Assembly: GCF_001194135.2 (NCBI RefSeq)
Contig: NC_068990.1
Location: 87,314,496 to 87,346,770, forward strand
From: Octopus bimaculoides
Lineage: Eukaryota
DNA length: 32,275 nucleotides
Direction: 5' to 3'
Translations under genes and position numbers: made by a program
Shown: positions 1-10,890 of the stretch, piece after piece
Layout of the letters: the number at the start of each line of letters is the position of its first letter
Numbering within the stretch: position 1 is the stretch's first letter
The notes under the pieces: model-generated
What the model was told of the DNA's origin: nothing
What the model saw: only the letters and a program-made list of their open reading frames with translations
Database searches by the model: none

Positions 1-33
<33 letters not shown>

Positions 34-194
34 ATTACTTAAAAAGAATTTCTGAAAGTTTAATAAAGCTGATGATGATAAATTATATTAATATTAACAA
101 ACAATGATAATTTGTAATAAATGTAATTAAGGAAGAGAATCTTAAAAACCTGGTCTTCAGGTTTCAAGAAAGATTCCATTGTTCTGCTAGTACT

Positions 195-382
195 GTTTCA
201 GAACTTACTTTAACCACCACTACAACCAGCACTATCATAACCACCACCACCACCATCACTTCTACTACTACTACTACCACCACCACCACCAGTAACAACT
301 TCTACAATAATAGCTACTACTCTTAATATTTCTAGAGTCTTGTTGTTACCACTTAACTAAACATCTTCTGCCTCTTCCTGCA

Positions 383-415
<33 letters not shown>

Positions 416-416
416 A
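195..416. repeat. Compound trinucleotide low-complexity tract (ACC/ACT/ACA)n
   Basis: Runs of accaccacc and actactact visible directly. Confidence 0.85.
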
Positions 417-536
417 GCTCTTAATTTTTCTATTTTTATGGTTGGCTGTCTTTACCTCACTGTCGCTAATTAGTCACAGGACTTGTGCGCATACACACAC
501 ACACACACATTTACACATTCTCTCTGTCACACACAC

Positions 537-567
<31 letters not shown>

Positions 568-1163
568 AGCATAAATATTCTGACAGCTGAACTTTGTAAC
601 TTATTTACACTCACGCTGAAGACATGAACACACACACACACNNNNNNNNNNNNNNNNNNNNNNNNNNNNNNNNNNNNNNNNNNNNNNNNNNNNNNNNNNN
701 NNNNNNNNNNNNNNNNNNNNNNNNNNNNNNNNNNNNNNNNNNNNNNNNNNNNNNNNNNNNNNNNNNNNNNNNNNNNNNNNNNNNNNNNNNNNNNNNNNNN
801 NNNNNNNNNNNNNNNNNNNNNNNNNNNNNNNNNNNNNNNNNNNNNNNNNNNNNNNNNNNNNNNNNNNNNNNNNNNNNNNNNNNNNNNNNNNNNNNNNNNN
901 NNNNNNNNNNNNNNNNNNNNNNNNNNNNNNNNNNNNNNNNNNNNNNNNNNNNNNNNNNNNNNNNNNNNNNNNNNNNNNNNNNNNNNNNNNNNNNNNNNNN
1001 NNNNNNNNNNNNNNNNNNNNNNNNNNNNNNNNNNNNNNNNNNNNNNNNNNNNNNNNNNNNNNNNNNNNNNNNNNNNNNNNNNNNNNNNNNNNNNNNNNNN
1101 NNNNNNNNNNNNNNNNNNNNNNNNNNNNNNNNNNNNNNNNNNNNNNNNNNNNNNNNNNNNNNN

Positions 1164-1194
<31 letters not shown>

Positions 1195-3783
1195 CGTGCG
1201 TGCATATGTATATATATATATATATATATTATACAGACAAATGCGATATGTATGGACATATATACACATAATTATGTGATTATATGTATGTGTGTGTGTG
1301 TTGATCTATTTTCTCACCCGTTCTTTAAGCTCTCACCATTTAGTGTATGTGTGTGTGTGTGTGTGTTGTGGTAGGGAATACATTTCCTCTCTTCCACCTT
1401 AGCTACTCCCCTTGACTCTGTTATTATTTGTCTTCTCCACCCCCCTTTTATTTTTTTTTATAATTGTTTCTATTACAGTTAAACCTTCCCCTCTCTCTTC
1501 CCCCCCCCATCCCAGTTCACTTTTTTTTTTCTCTCCTGCTCTTAATCTAAGCTAATCATAATTTCTTATTTTTATTAATTAATGCATCGTTAACTGCTTT
1601 GGGTGATATTTAGAAACGGAAGACGACTGTGTACACACTATATACATCCTTTGTACATGTTAGGCACACACATACATGCATACATGCGCTTTATGTACAC
1701 ATTCTGTGCACGCTTATGGCATATGCTATATACATGCATACCATATACATATGTTATATACATACATTTCTTTATATACATACCTACTTTTGTTACAAAC
1801 ATATATGCATACATGTTTATATGTTGATTTATATACACGTGTGTGTATATGTGTAATATATACATGTGTGTGCTCCCTCACCTTTCTAAAGGAAAACATC
1901 GTTGAATGCTCATTTTTTTTTTTTTTTTACATTCTGCATATACTAACACACACACACATGCATATATATATATGTATATATATACACATACCTACATTCA
2001 CACATGCAAATATACACCTATTACTAAACTATGTTATGTGTAGTAGGGAAAAACTGTTTATTTTCTCCTCCAGTGTGTATATTGCGAGGTATATATATTC
2101 TGTATATAAATGATATATATCTCATACTCGCAGAGATGATGGGGATTTTTCTGTTGTTTTATTGTTTTTTTTTTTATTAAATTTAAATTTTTTTTAAAAA
2201 ACTCCTTTACTAGTGACTTTAGAAGCGCATCCTTAATTTGATTCAATGAACTTCCTACGTATAGTAACATTGTTTGGAATAAATAATTCTATCTTAACAG
2301 TTTCCTTTTTTTATTAAGATTCTTTCAGCTTCTCAACCTTTGCAGCAGGTTTCGGAGGGAACGGAGGAGGGCAAGGAAAGAAAAACCTTCAATAATAATA
2401 ACGATAATAATAATATAATGATGGTGGTGGTGGTGGTGATGGTGATTTTCTTTTTATCCCCTCACCCCCCATGCCCCATTTTGAAGCAAATACAAGAGGA
2501 CGCCTGGAAGATAATCAAGTGTGAATACTCAGCTGGAAATGAATCTAGGTTTCTCAACTATTGCCATTTTGTTCATGTATTGACCTCTCTTGTTAATGTT
2601 CACTCAATTTCTCTTATAAAGTTGTTCCCACCTCCCTTTTGTTTTTTTAATAGGAAATCAACTCAACCCCTTACAACATTGTCTGCTTATCGCCTTTTGG
2701 GATTGTCCACTCGATCCTCACCTCCTTTCGGAGCTGTCTCCTCACCTCACTCCTGCTTGATAAACTATTCGTAGGAGTAAATTCTTGCAAGCCTCTCAGC
2801 TTCACCTTCTATTGAGGTTATCTGCTCAGTCTTTCCTGTAGCTTATATATTCACAAGTACTTGAGGTTCAAATGTAATAATTGTGTTTATAATGATGAGC
2901 TCATTGAGTTGTATGTAGATTGAGCCTTAAAAAAAGAAAAAAATACCAGTTTACCTCCATTACCATTTTATTTTGCTTCCTGTAATCTATTTGCAAATGA
3001 GATCCCTTTTCTAGAAATTTAAATATTTCCTTATTCAACCAATTCTCTTTTTTTGTATTTCTTACTGCCAGCCTAACTCAACTGTGAAGTGAAGAGTGGA
3101 ACCTATTTGTGCACCATGCAGGTCTGAGGATTACAGAGTTACGTACCTTAGTAACTAAGCCTTTTTTTGTTTTGTTTTTGGATAACCTAGCTAAGAAATG
3201 TTTAGTTCATGATCTTGTGAACAATAGTCCAGCTCGCTAGGCAAATTGTTTTCTTTTACTGTTTGGATAGTTGATGTAATATTTAGTATTTATATTCTTA
3301 CCTCTTTACTCTGTTAAAACGTTTTTACTTTAATCTATAGGAAAGGGTAGTATCCATAATTTTCACAAACCCTGTAAATCAAAGATTGTGGTTGATGTTA
3401 ACATTGAACATGTAGGAGTCAATATCTGCAAGAAATTTATAGCCAAAGAGAGAATTCCAGAGGATTCACAGTCCTAAGTAGAAGGATGAGAAAAAGCAGT
3501 CACTGAGGGAGAAGAGAGGATATAGTGTGATGAGAAGTATCATCTGGTAGACCTGAGAGTAGTATCTGTCATATACTGGGGTTAATGTGACCATGTACCA
3601 ATAAGAAGTTATCTTTAACGTTGTCAAAGACTTGGCGTTTAGATCCACTTGATCCACCCAGATTCCATGACATAACATCAATATTCATTGTAGATTTTTT
3701 CAACTAGTTAGTCCCTTGTAGGTTAAAAACAGAATTCTCATGCATGTATGTATGTGGAGATATATGTAAAATATGTATGTATG

Positions 3784-3824
<41 letters not shown>

Positions 3825-3825
<1 letters not shown>

Positions 3826-4248
3826 CTTTTGTTGGCCTCAGTCAGAGGCTGAGGCCATGCTGGATCACCACCCCTCAGTGTGTTTGGGTTTCTTTTCTAT
3901 ACTGTTTTTTAGTGAAGTAGCAAGTTGGACAAAGCTGCTCTTCTTTATGCATCCTGCCACGATGTGGGCTCATCTGGTATCTCAGATAAAAATTTGTGCA
4001 GATGATCTTTGAAGACCCCCCCCCCTCCACATCTACACCTTGCAAATCTCTGAAGCTGTTTGGCAGAATGTTGATCAGTTGTGGACCCTTGAAACCCAAG
4101 CTGTTACAACATTGGATCCTTATTCTAAGCAGAGAAGCTGGGATCTTTGGCACTATGCAGTGCTTCTAGTTTGGTGGTTGGTATAGTTTTCAAATCCAAA
4201 GTTGGGAGCTAGACCTTCCAGGTTCTTCCATATCTATATTACTGCATA
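3825..4248 (-). mobile_element. 3' end of a CR1/L2-like non-LTR retrotransposon: decayed RT C-terminus plus 3' UTR
   Basis: Minus-strand translation across frameshifts and stops: YAVI*IWKNLEGLAPNFGFENYTN..HCIVPKIP..CCNSLGFKGPQLINILPNSFRDLQGVDV..FKDHLHKFLSEIPDEPTSWQDA*RRAALSNLLLH. This matches the FKxxLDxFLxxIPDEP..RAAxSNSL type C-terminus. It ends in a hairpin tail followed by (TA)n. Confidence 0.8.
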
Positions 4249-4253
4249 TATGT

Positions 4254-4400
4254 GGAGGCATGTAGCCTTGTGGTTACGGTGTTGCACTTATGATCACTAA
4301 ATCATGGGTTCAACTCCCAGTCCGGGTACCATGTTGTGTTCTTGACCAAAACACTTCATGCTGCTCTCTGATCATTTCGATATCTGAGGTGTGGTACACT
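4254..4400 (+). mobile_element. tRNA-derived SINE head (family C), degenerate
   Basis: A-box-like TAGCCTTGTGG and B-box-like GGTTCAACTCCC, followed by GTGTTCTTGACCAAAACACTTCA. It abuts the 5' break of the LINE fragment. Confidence 0.6.
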
Positions 4401-5130
4401 TATGCATCTGTACAGGCATTTGATCGCTATAAGCATATCATTCATGTTGGTTGTTCAGCAAAAACTGAAGACTCGTATGTCATCTTTCATGGGCGATTCC
4501 ATCGTATAAAATATATGTATATACATATATTTATGCAAATGTATATATGTGTGTGTATGATTGATAAGTGCTAATGCATGAAACTCTAAGCCTTTGAGTC
4601 ACTGTGCTGCCAAATATTGATAGAAACAATAAAATATATGGATATATATGACGGAATATAGCATTACAAGTAAGAGGTATTAATCTTCATGATTGACTGG
4701 TTTCTGTGTAAAATACAAAAATGTTTTTATCACCAAGCCAGTCTGAGACCAAGTAGACCTATGAACATAGACATTCTAGCTGTGACCATCCTACCATTTT
4801 GTATATAGGGGACTGCATTGTCCAATATATCTTTCTTTTTTCTTTTTCTTTTTAAGCAGGGGAAAGTGTGATTTGAGCCATATCTTTTAGATGAAGCAGT
4901 AACTTTGCAGAGTCTCTTTTGTTGGTTCATATGTATAAGCTTGTCTTCATTGATGGGGGATGAATTTTAACATTTCAGGCAGGGCTCTCCGAAGATGTGC
5001 TGAATAATAAGTGGACAATCTTCTTCATAGGCTATGAGATCTCTTGACCTGCTAGACATAACAACCAAATTCCCTCAGATCACAATCTTCTACCATGCAA
5101 AAGGACATGTTGAACAACGTAGACCTAGAT

Positions 5131-5260
5131 CAGTAGTTCCCAAACAGTGCATTGTGACACTGGTGTGCAGTGAGATGTAACTAGGCATACTGTGAAAATA
5201 ATAAAAATTATCTGCAAAAAATGTGTAAACTACAACTGAAATTCTAACTATAAAGTCTTG
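5131..5260 (+). mobile_element. Possible hAT-type MITE left end
   Basis: CAGTAGTTCCCAAAC resembles hAT/Charlie terminal repeats (CAGTGGTTCCCAAAC). No matching right end was found. Confidence 0.3.
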
Positions 5261-5360
5261 ATAACTATGCTTCAGTTATTGAATAAAGAAATTAATTGAT
5301 TTTCTCTGGTTTAAATTATTTGAATGTAGGCAGACAGGATCTTTAGGCAAGTTGTGATAA

Positions 5361-5415
5361 CTTACCTGAAGATCCTGTGTGTGTACAGGTGAAACTCAGA
5401 GTAGCTGCAGGGTAA
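5361..5415 (+). ncRNA. Hammerhead-ribozyme-like motif (minimal, Penelope-type variant)
   Basis: CTGAAGA (5366-5372), T, stem II CCTGT/ACAGG with 6-nt loop, T, GAAA (5391-5394), ACTC-A-GAGT quasi-palindromic stem III, then the GTA triplet. Stem I is weak. Confidence 0.55.
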
Positions 5416-5504
5416 CTCGACCAAAATAAAATATTAACCTCTACCATGGAATTGAGTACTTTTTTTTACCCCTGACAGCTGATACCAAATGGATATATAT
5501 ATAT

Positions 5505-5648
5505 GTGGCGTTAGGAAGGGCATCCAGCTGTAGAAACTCTGCCAAATCAGATTGGAGCCTGGTGTAGCCATCTGGCTCGCCTGTCCTCAGTCAAACCATC
5601 CAACCCATGCTAGCATGGAAAGCGGACATTAAACGATGATGATGATGA
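5505..5648 (+). mobile_element. RTE-type 3' UTR/tail fragment ending in (GAT)n
   Basis: TGGCGTTAGGAAGGGCATCCAGCTGTAGAAAC..GCATGGAAAGCGGACATTAAACGATGATG, the same sequence as the copies at 28420-28755 and 31030-31213. Confidence 0.85.
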
Positions 5649-6917
5649 GATATATATATACAAAACATTATGTACAAAGTGTGCTAAAAAAAATTTTATT
5701 TGCTCTACAATACACAAGTAAAGTCTTGAAACCTCTGTCCTAGATATACAAAAAAGAGGGAATAGTGAAGTTTGGATTTGCTTTTGATCATAAATCTGCT
5801 TAGTCATGGTTGACTTGTGGCTAAACATCAGCCATCACCTCCACAAATTTTCTCAATCTAGCATTTCTCTTACTAGCTGCTATAGATGCTGCAACAACAT
5901 GGGAAGACTTGGCCAGGAGTCTGGTTTTGTCATTTTTGTTGTTGTTTCTCTTTGAAGTCAAATCTCCTGCATAAAACTTACATTGTTTAGGAAATGGGTT
6001 CTCTGGTTATCTTACCTATTATTAATGCCCCATGTCTAATATATATATCTCATTTTAGACACTATATTCTGTCACCCATCTCACCATTATCTGTTTTCCT
6101 TTTCTTCTCCTTCTTCTGTTTTCAATTTAACTCCCATTTTTTTCCCTTCCATTTCAAACTTGTCAAAAATATGTTGTTTAGATGATTGCTGTGGTACAAA
6201 CTTCATTCGACACCCTAACATTTTTATAACTTAATTTTATTTTACGATTTTTGAATTGATTAAAATAATAAATTGTTGGCTGATTGCTTATCATGAAATC
6301 TGTTTTTGCCCCCCTCTTTTTAATGACAAGTATCTGTTCTTTTGATTCTTTGAAGCATAATGGTTATTTGATAATAATTCCCCCCCACCTTTTTTTTTTT
6401 TTCACAGTTCCCTTTCCTTTTTTTTTAATTTTTTTTTTATCAAACTCTGTGTTTAGAGAAAAAGAAACACATGAGATTCACACATGTCGACTGTAATTTT
6501 ATTATTCCAATGTTTATTCAGCTGTAACGTCCCAGTAGCTTACAGCAGAAATTTAATATAGAAGTTGACCTACAAATTACAGCAATTAGTGAAGTCAGCC
6601 AAGGAGGAGACCTCTTCTTAATCAGTTTGACTGCTATTTCTAGCAAATAAATTTCCACTAAATCACATCCTAACATTTTTATAAAGAGAGTGGGGGGGGA
6701 GAGAAATTAAAAAAGACAACCATTGCCTTTCCCTTTCTATCCCATCATGCTACCCTATTGTTTCCATGCCAATAGTCAGCATCTAGTCATCACGATGACT
6801 CTCACTCTCCTCCCTAGTATCCTTTCACTCTTATTACTCCCCCTCCCCCAACCCATCATGTTCATAGTCTCTCTTCTCTTCAATTTCTTGATCACATTTA
6901 CTCTAAATGAACAGACA

Positions 6918-7286
6918 GGAGTAGCTGTGTGGTAAGTAGCGCGCTTACCAACCACATGGTTCCGGGTTCATTCCCACTGCAGGGCATCTTGGGCAAGTGT
7001 CTTCTATAGCCTCAGGCTGACCAAAGTCTACTGAGTGGATTTGGTAGACGAAAACTGAAAGAAGCCCGTCAAATATGTATATATATGTGTGTGTGTGTGT
7101 TTTTGTGTGTCTGTGTTTGTCCCCACCAACATTGCTTGACAATTGATGGTGGTGTGTTTATGTCCCTGTAACTTGGCAGTTCAGCAAAAGAGACTGATAG
7201 AATAAGTACTAGGCATCCAAAGAATAAGTCCTGGGAAGCAGTGCTCTAGCATGGCCGCAGTCAAATGACTGAAACAAGTAAAAGAG
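6918..7286 (+). mobile_element. tRNA-headed, CORE-like SINE (family A), near full length
   Basis: Head GGAGTAGCTGTGTGGTAAGTAGC..GGTTCATTCCC, CORE-like CATCTTGGGCAAGTGTCTTC, internal (TA)/(TG) tract, tail GCATGGCCGCAGTCAAATGACTGAAACAAGTAAAAGAG. Homologous copies occur elsewhere in the window. Confidence 0.9.
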
Positions 7287-7493
7287 ACAACATAGAATAG
7301 AGATGTTTTAGTGTTGCAGGAAATAAAGCAGCTTCTCTATTGTTTGTATCAGTAACACTCTGTAAAGTGACTGGGAAATGAATGATTACAAGAGAGGAGA
7401 GATGGGATGCTTTTAGTTTTGCTGGGGATAAGACAACTTGTCTAGAGTTGTCAGGATAAGATGCTCTCAATAGGGAAGGAATTGATTTGCTAA

Positions 7494-7930
7494 AACCCTT
7501 TAAACATTGGGCCTCATTGAGGCAATAACAAATGACTGTTACCTTTGGCGATATGCTGCGCTTGAGAAGGCCCATCAAGCCAAACAGAACCGTAGTCATG
7601 GCTGATGCTGGTGTCATATAACAGGTACGTAAAAAGCACCCTTCAAACGTTGGGCCTCATGGAGGTGTAATTGACCAAGATCTTTAGCAATATGCCATGC
7701 TTGAGAAGACTTGTCAAGCCAACTTGTGGCTGATGCCAGTGTCCTGTAACTGGTACCCGTTCCGGTGGCATGTAAAAAGCACCCATTAGACTCTTGGAGT
7801 GGCTGCTGTTAGGAAGGGCATCCAATGGTAGAAACTACATCAGATCAGACTGGAACCTGGTGCTGCTCTCCAGTTTCAGTTAAACTGTCTGATCCATGCC
7901 AGCATGGAAAGCAGACACTAAATGATGATG
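7494..7930 (+). mobile_element. RTE LINE 3' end in two tandem copies (ORF end plus UTR plus (GAT)n tail)
   Basis: TLGLIEAITNDCYLWRYAALEKAHQAK, then TLGL..DQDL*QYAMLEKTCQA, which continues into the (GAT)n-tailed UTR. Confidence 0.7.
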
Positions 7931-8423
7931 CGTGTCAAAATGTGAAATGCTTGATCAAGACTTGGTCAGTCCTCTGACTCATTTAGGAGAGCAACGACTC
8001 TAAAGAGAAACTGGTTTGGACTGTGATAACCCACTAAACTCATGTTGGCATAGAAAAGAGATGTAAAATGATGAGTCATTTGTTAATTTAGCCCCAGTTA
8101 TTATGTCTGAATAAAAGACAAGATGGTCATTGATGGAACACGTTTGATCACAATTCATTAACGAAGGAATGAGTGTAAGGGTGTTGGGAGACGGCCAAAA
8201 CAGTAAAACTTCGGACTGAATACATTTTTTTTTTACAATGCTTTAGGTTCCTACATTGCCAGGATTAACTTTGCATCTCAATATTGTAAGGTTGATCAAC
8301 TATTATAAATATCAGTATTAGAATTGGCTTAATAAATCATACCTCACCTGGCCAGGTATTCATTCTTCTGCTTTATTTCCTCATTTTAAGCTGATTGGTT
8401 AAACGAGCTCTCAGTTAAATGCT

Positions 8424-8745
8424 GGCATGGTTGTGCGGTTAAGAATCTTACTTTGCAATTATGGTTTCAGGTTCAATCTTACTGCATGGTATAATGTGCA
8501 TGTGTCTTCTGTTATAGCCCCAGGTCAACCAATGCCTTATGAGTGAATTTAATTGACTGAAACTATGGAAGCCTGTTGTGTGTGTCCATCCACCTCTTGA
8601 TAACTGGTGTTGCTTTGTTTATGTCCTGATAACTTAGCAGTTTGGCAAAACAGACTAATAGAATAAATACAGGAGTCAACCTATTTGACTAAAACTCTCC
8701 GTGGTTGTGCTTCAAAGCTGTAGTCCACTGATTGAAATAAAAAAA
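8424..8745 (+). mobile_element. Old, diverged family A SINE
   Basis: Degenerate head (TGCGGTTAAG..GGTTCAATC), GTGTCTTCTGTTATAGCC, TGAGTGAATTT..GAAACT, CTTAGCAGTTTGGCAAAACAGACTAATAGAATAA in family A order. Confidence 0.65.
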
Positions 8746-9077
8746 AAAAATTTTAGAACATTTGAAGCCTGTGACATTAGACTTTATAAACCTCTTATTT
8801 TAATCAGAAATGAACCTCTTTTTTTTATTTTCCTATTTTATGCTTAAAATCAGTCATGTTAAAATTTTAATGCAGACTGAATCACTTAATTTCATACTGT
8901 CACCATGGCTTACAGTGGTGGGTTGTATACATGCCACGTCACCTCTGGCACCAACTTACAGCTGGAGGCCCTTGAGTCACTCTGTTGCTTCTGCTAAATA
9001 TTAATAAAAAAAATATCTATAGACTCATGATTTTAGTTCTATTTTTCCTGTTTGGCGTCACCAGACATAATGCCAAG

Positions 9078-9230
9078 CTCTAATTGTGGAGGGTACCTGT
9101 GGAAAAGGTAGATTCAGTAAGATGTGGTGAGAAAGGATCTCCGGACGCTGGGCCTCACTGAGGAAGCAGCAAGGGACCAGGAAATGTGGCGATTTGCTGT
9201 ACTTGATAAGGCACACATCAAGCTAAGTAA
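9078..9230 (+). mobile_element. RTE-clade LINE, RT C-terminal fragment
   Basis: LIVEGTCGKGR..VVRKDLRTLGLTEEAARDQEMWRFAVLDKAH matches the RTE C-terminal VEGxRxRGRPxxxW..DL..LGL....DR..WR motif. Confidence 0.8.
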
Positions 9231-9455
9231 AATCATTGTCTTCCACACACCCAGGCTGGTCCTTTCAGGTGTGGGGGGCCACATAAAGAAGCATGGGATT
9301 AAAGGAGTGTCATCATCATATGAGTTGGGTGGTTTGTTTCCAGTCTTCCATGAAAACATGTTCAGCCTTTGGGGAATATTAATTTGTTTAGGGAACAGTG
9401 GAGATTGGTGATAGGAAAGGTATCTAACTGCAGAAAATCATGCAAATGTAGGAAA

Positions 9456-9730
9456 GTGGGCATATGGCATAGTGGTTAAGAGCGCGGGCTACTAACCCAA
9501 AGATTCAGAGTTCGATTCCAAGCAGTGACTTGAATAATAATAATAATAATAATAACATTGAAAAATTCCTTAGGAATTTAGGAATGAGAATCAAGGTTTG
9601 AAATTTCCCTAAGACACCTGATGAAGGCTGGAGGGTATATCAGCTGAAATGTGTTAACAAACAAGATGAGGACAAATATTTGTCAAATGTAAATAATGTA
9701 CATAATTCCTCATCTCTTAAATATAGAACT
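9456..9730 (+). mobile_element. tRNA-headed SINE (family D) carrying a hammerhead-like motif
   Basis: A box TGGCATAGTGG (9465-9475), B box GAGTTCGATTCC (9508-9519), anticodon-like arm GGG-CTACTAA-CCC, (AAT)n linker, then CTGATGA-A-GGCTG..CAGCT-GAAA (9618-9649). Confidence 0.65.
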
Positions 9731-10368
9731 GTATAATGATGATGATATATTAACACATATATATATATATATATAAATATAAATATAAATATTATTACAA
9801 TACAATATTATTTTCCAGCAAAGTGAAGCACTGTAGAGGTAAGACGAAAATTTTTTATATTATATTGCCCACACACATCTTTGCCTCTATACATTCAGTG
9901 AAGTATTACCTAGCGTCAAACGGTTATCGACTGCTATTTCCAGCAAAAATTGGTACCTTGTTATGCCACTATTTCCTATTGATATACATATATGTTTAGG
10001 GCTTAGCCAAAATCTTCTTTGCTATTGTAGACTCTAACTTTCCATGTTGCTGTAAATATCATTTGATCTTCAACAGACCTACCCTAAAATTATACCATTT
10101 CTCTCTGCCTAATATGGAATCTATTGTAGCCTCATCTAATAAGCAAAAACTTAACACCTACTACCTAATTAACACCTTTAAGCAGAACAGTCAAAATAAA
10201 TATAATGATATAGATCCCAGCAGTGGTGGTACTAACATTGGGTACTAACACTGACCCAAATAGTCAAAGTCACACCTATAACCCTAACACTATAATTAAT
10301 GTAAACCATGATATATAGATAGCATCACTTCTGATAGTGGTGGAACTGTGAATGGAGATAATAATAAT

Positions 10369-10890
10369 AATTTAGCAAAAACCAAAGTCTTAGTCATTGG
10401 GAAAAGAGATAAAATCACAAGTCCCTTCTGGGAGATGACCCTGCTCAATATGTAAGGAGGGTGTTGATAGAAACTGCATATGTTGTACCCAGTCCAAGCT
10501 TTGGACACATAAGACGAGCAGTGCTATCAAAAGAAGATTAACAGAGAATATAGTATTTGTGTGTGGCAAATGTGCAGGTACAATAAGCTATAAAAATACA
10601 TAGGTGATAGGCTCCCTCAAATACTCAGGTGGATTATTAAAAGTGGTAGATAAGTTCTGTTACCAAGGAAACCAAGTTGGCAGTGGGGGGGGGGGTCTGA
10701 AAGTATAGTTGCTTGGATAAGAACAAGCTGGGCAAAGTTCAGAGAGCTTCTACTTTTGTTGATAATTAAGGGCCTCTCACTCAGAGTGAAAAGCAGATTG
10801 TATGATACCTGTGTATGTGCAGCTATGCTACATGGAAGTGAAACATGGGCTTTGACTACAGAAGACTTGTGAAGGCTTGAAAGAAATGAA
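10369..10890 (+). mobile_element. RTE-clade LINE RT fragment with Cys/His-rich (PHD-like) insertion
   Basis: NLAKTKVLV..PSGR*PCSICKEGVDRNCICCTQSKLWTHKTSSAIKRRLTENIVFVCGKCAG..LKVVDKFCYQGNQVGSGGG..SESIVAWIRTSWAKFRELL..KGLSLRVKSRLYDTCVCAAMLHGSETWALT, read across frameshifts and stops. Confidence 0.85.

Noticed and set aside
642-1163. Two gaps of identical length (522 N) and opposite-sense (CA)n/(GT)n flanks at the first gap
   Set aside because: Most likely scaffolding artefacts, not biology.
474-1271. Long ORFs spanning N-gaps (also 12038-13102 and 20919-21779)
   Set aside because: They are open only because N runs contain no stop codons, and the flanks are dinucleotide repeats.
2330-2774. 144-aa ORF with acceptor-like sites (e.g. 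FSTFAAGFGGNGGGQGKKNLQ*, QIQEDAWKIIKCEYSAG)
   Set aside because: No ATG start, built partly from (AAT)n and (GGT)n, no recognisable domain, and no consistent exon chain. It cannot be excluded without RNA-seq.
3580-3700. Minus-strand MNIDVMSWNLGGSSGSKRQVFDNVK, reminiscent of a LINE endonuclease N-terminus (SWNVRG)
   Set aside because: Only a short motif matches, the following QET motif is absent, and the frame stops after 39 codons.
9456-9530. Functional tRNA gene
   Set aside because: The acceptor and T stems are imperfect and the sequence continues into a SINE-like body. The same applies to the other tRNA-like heads.
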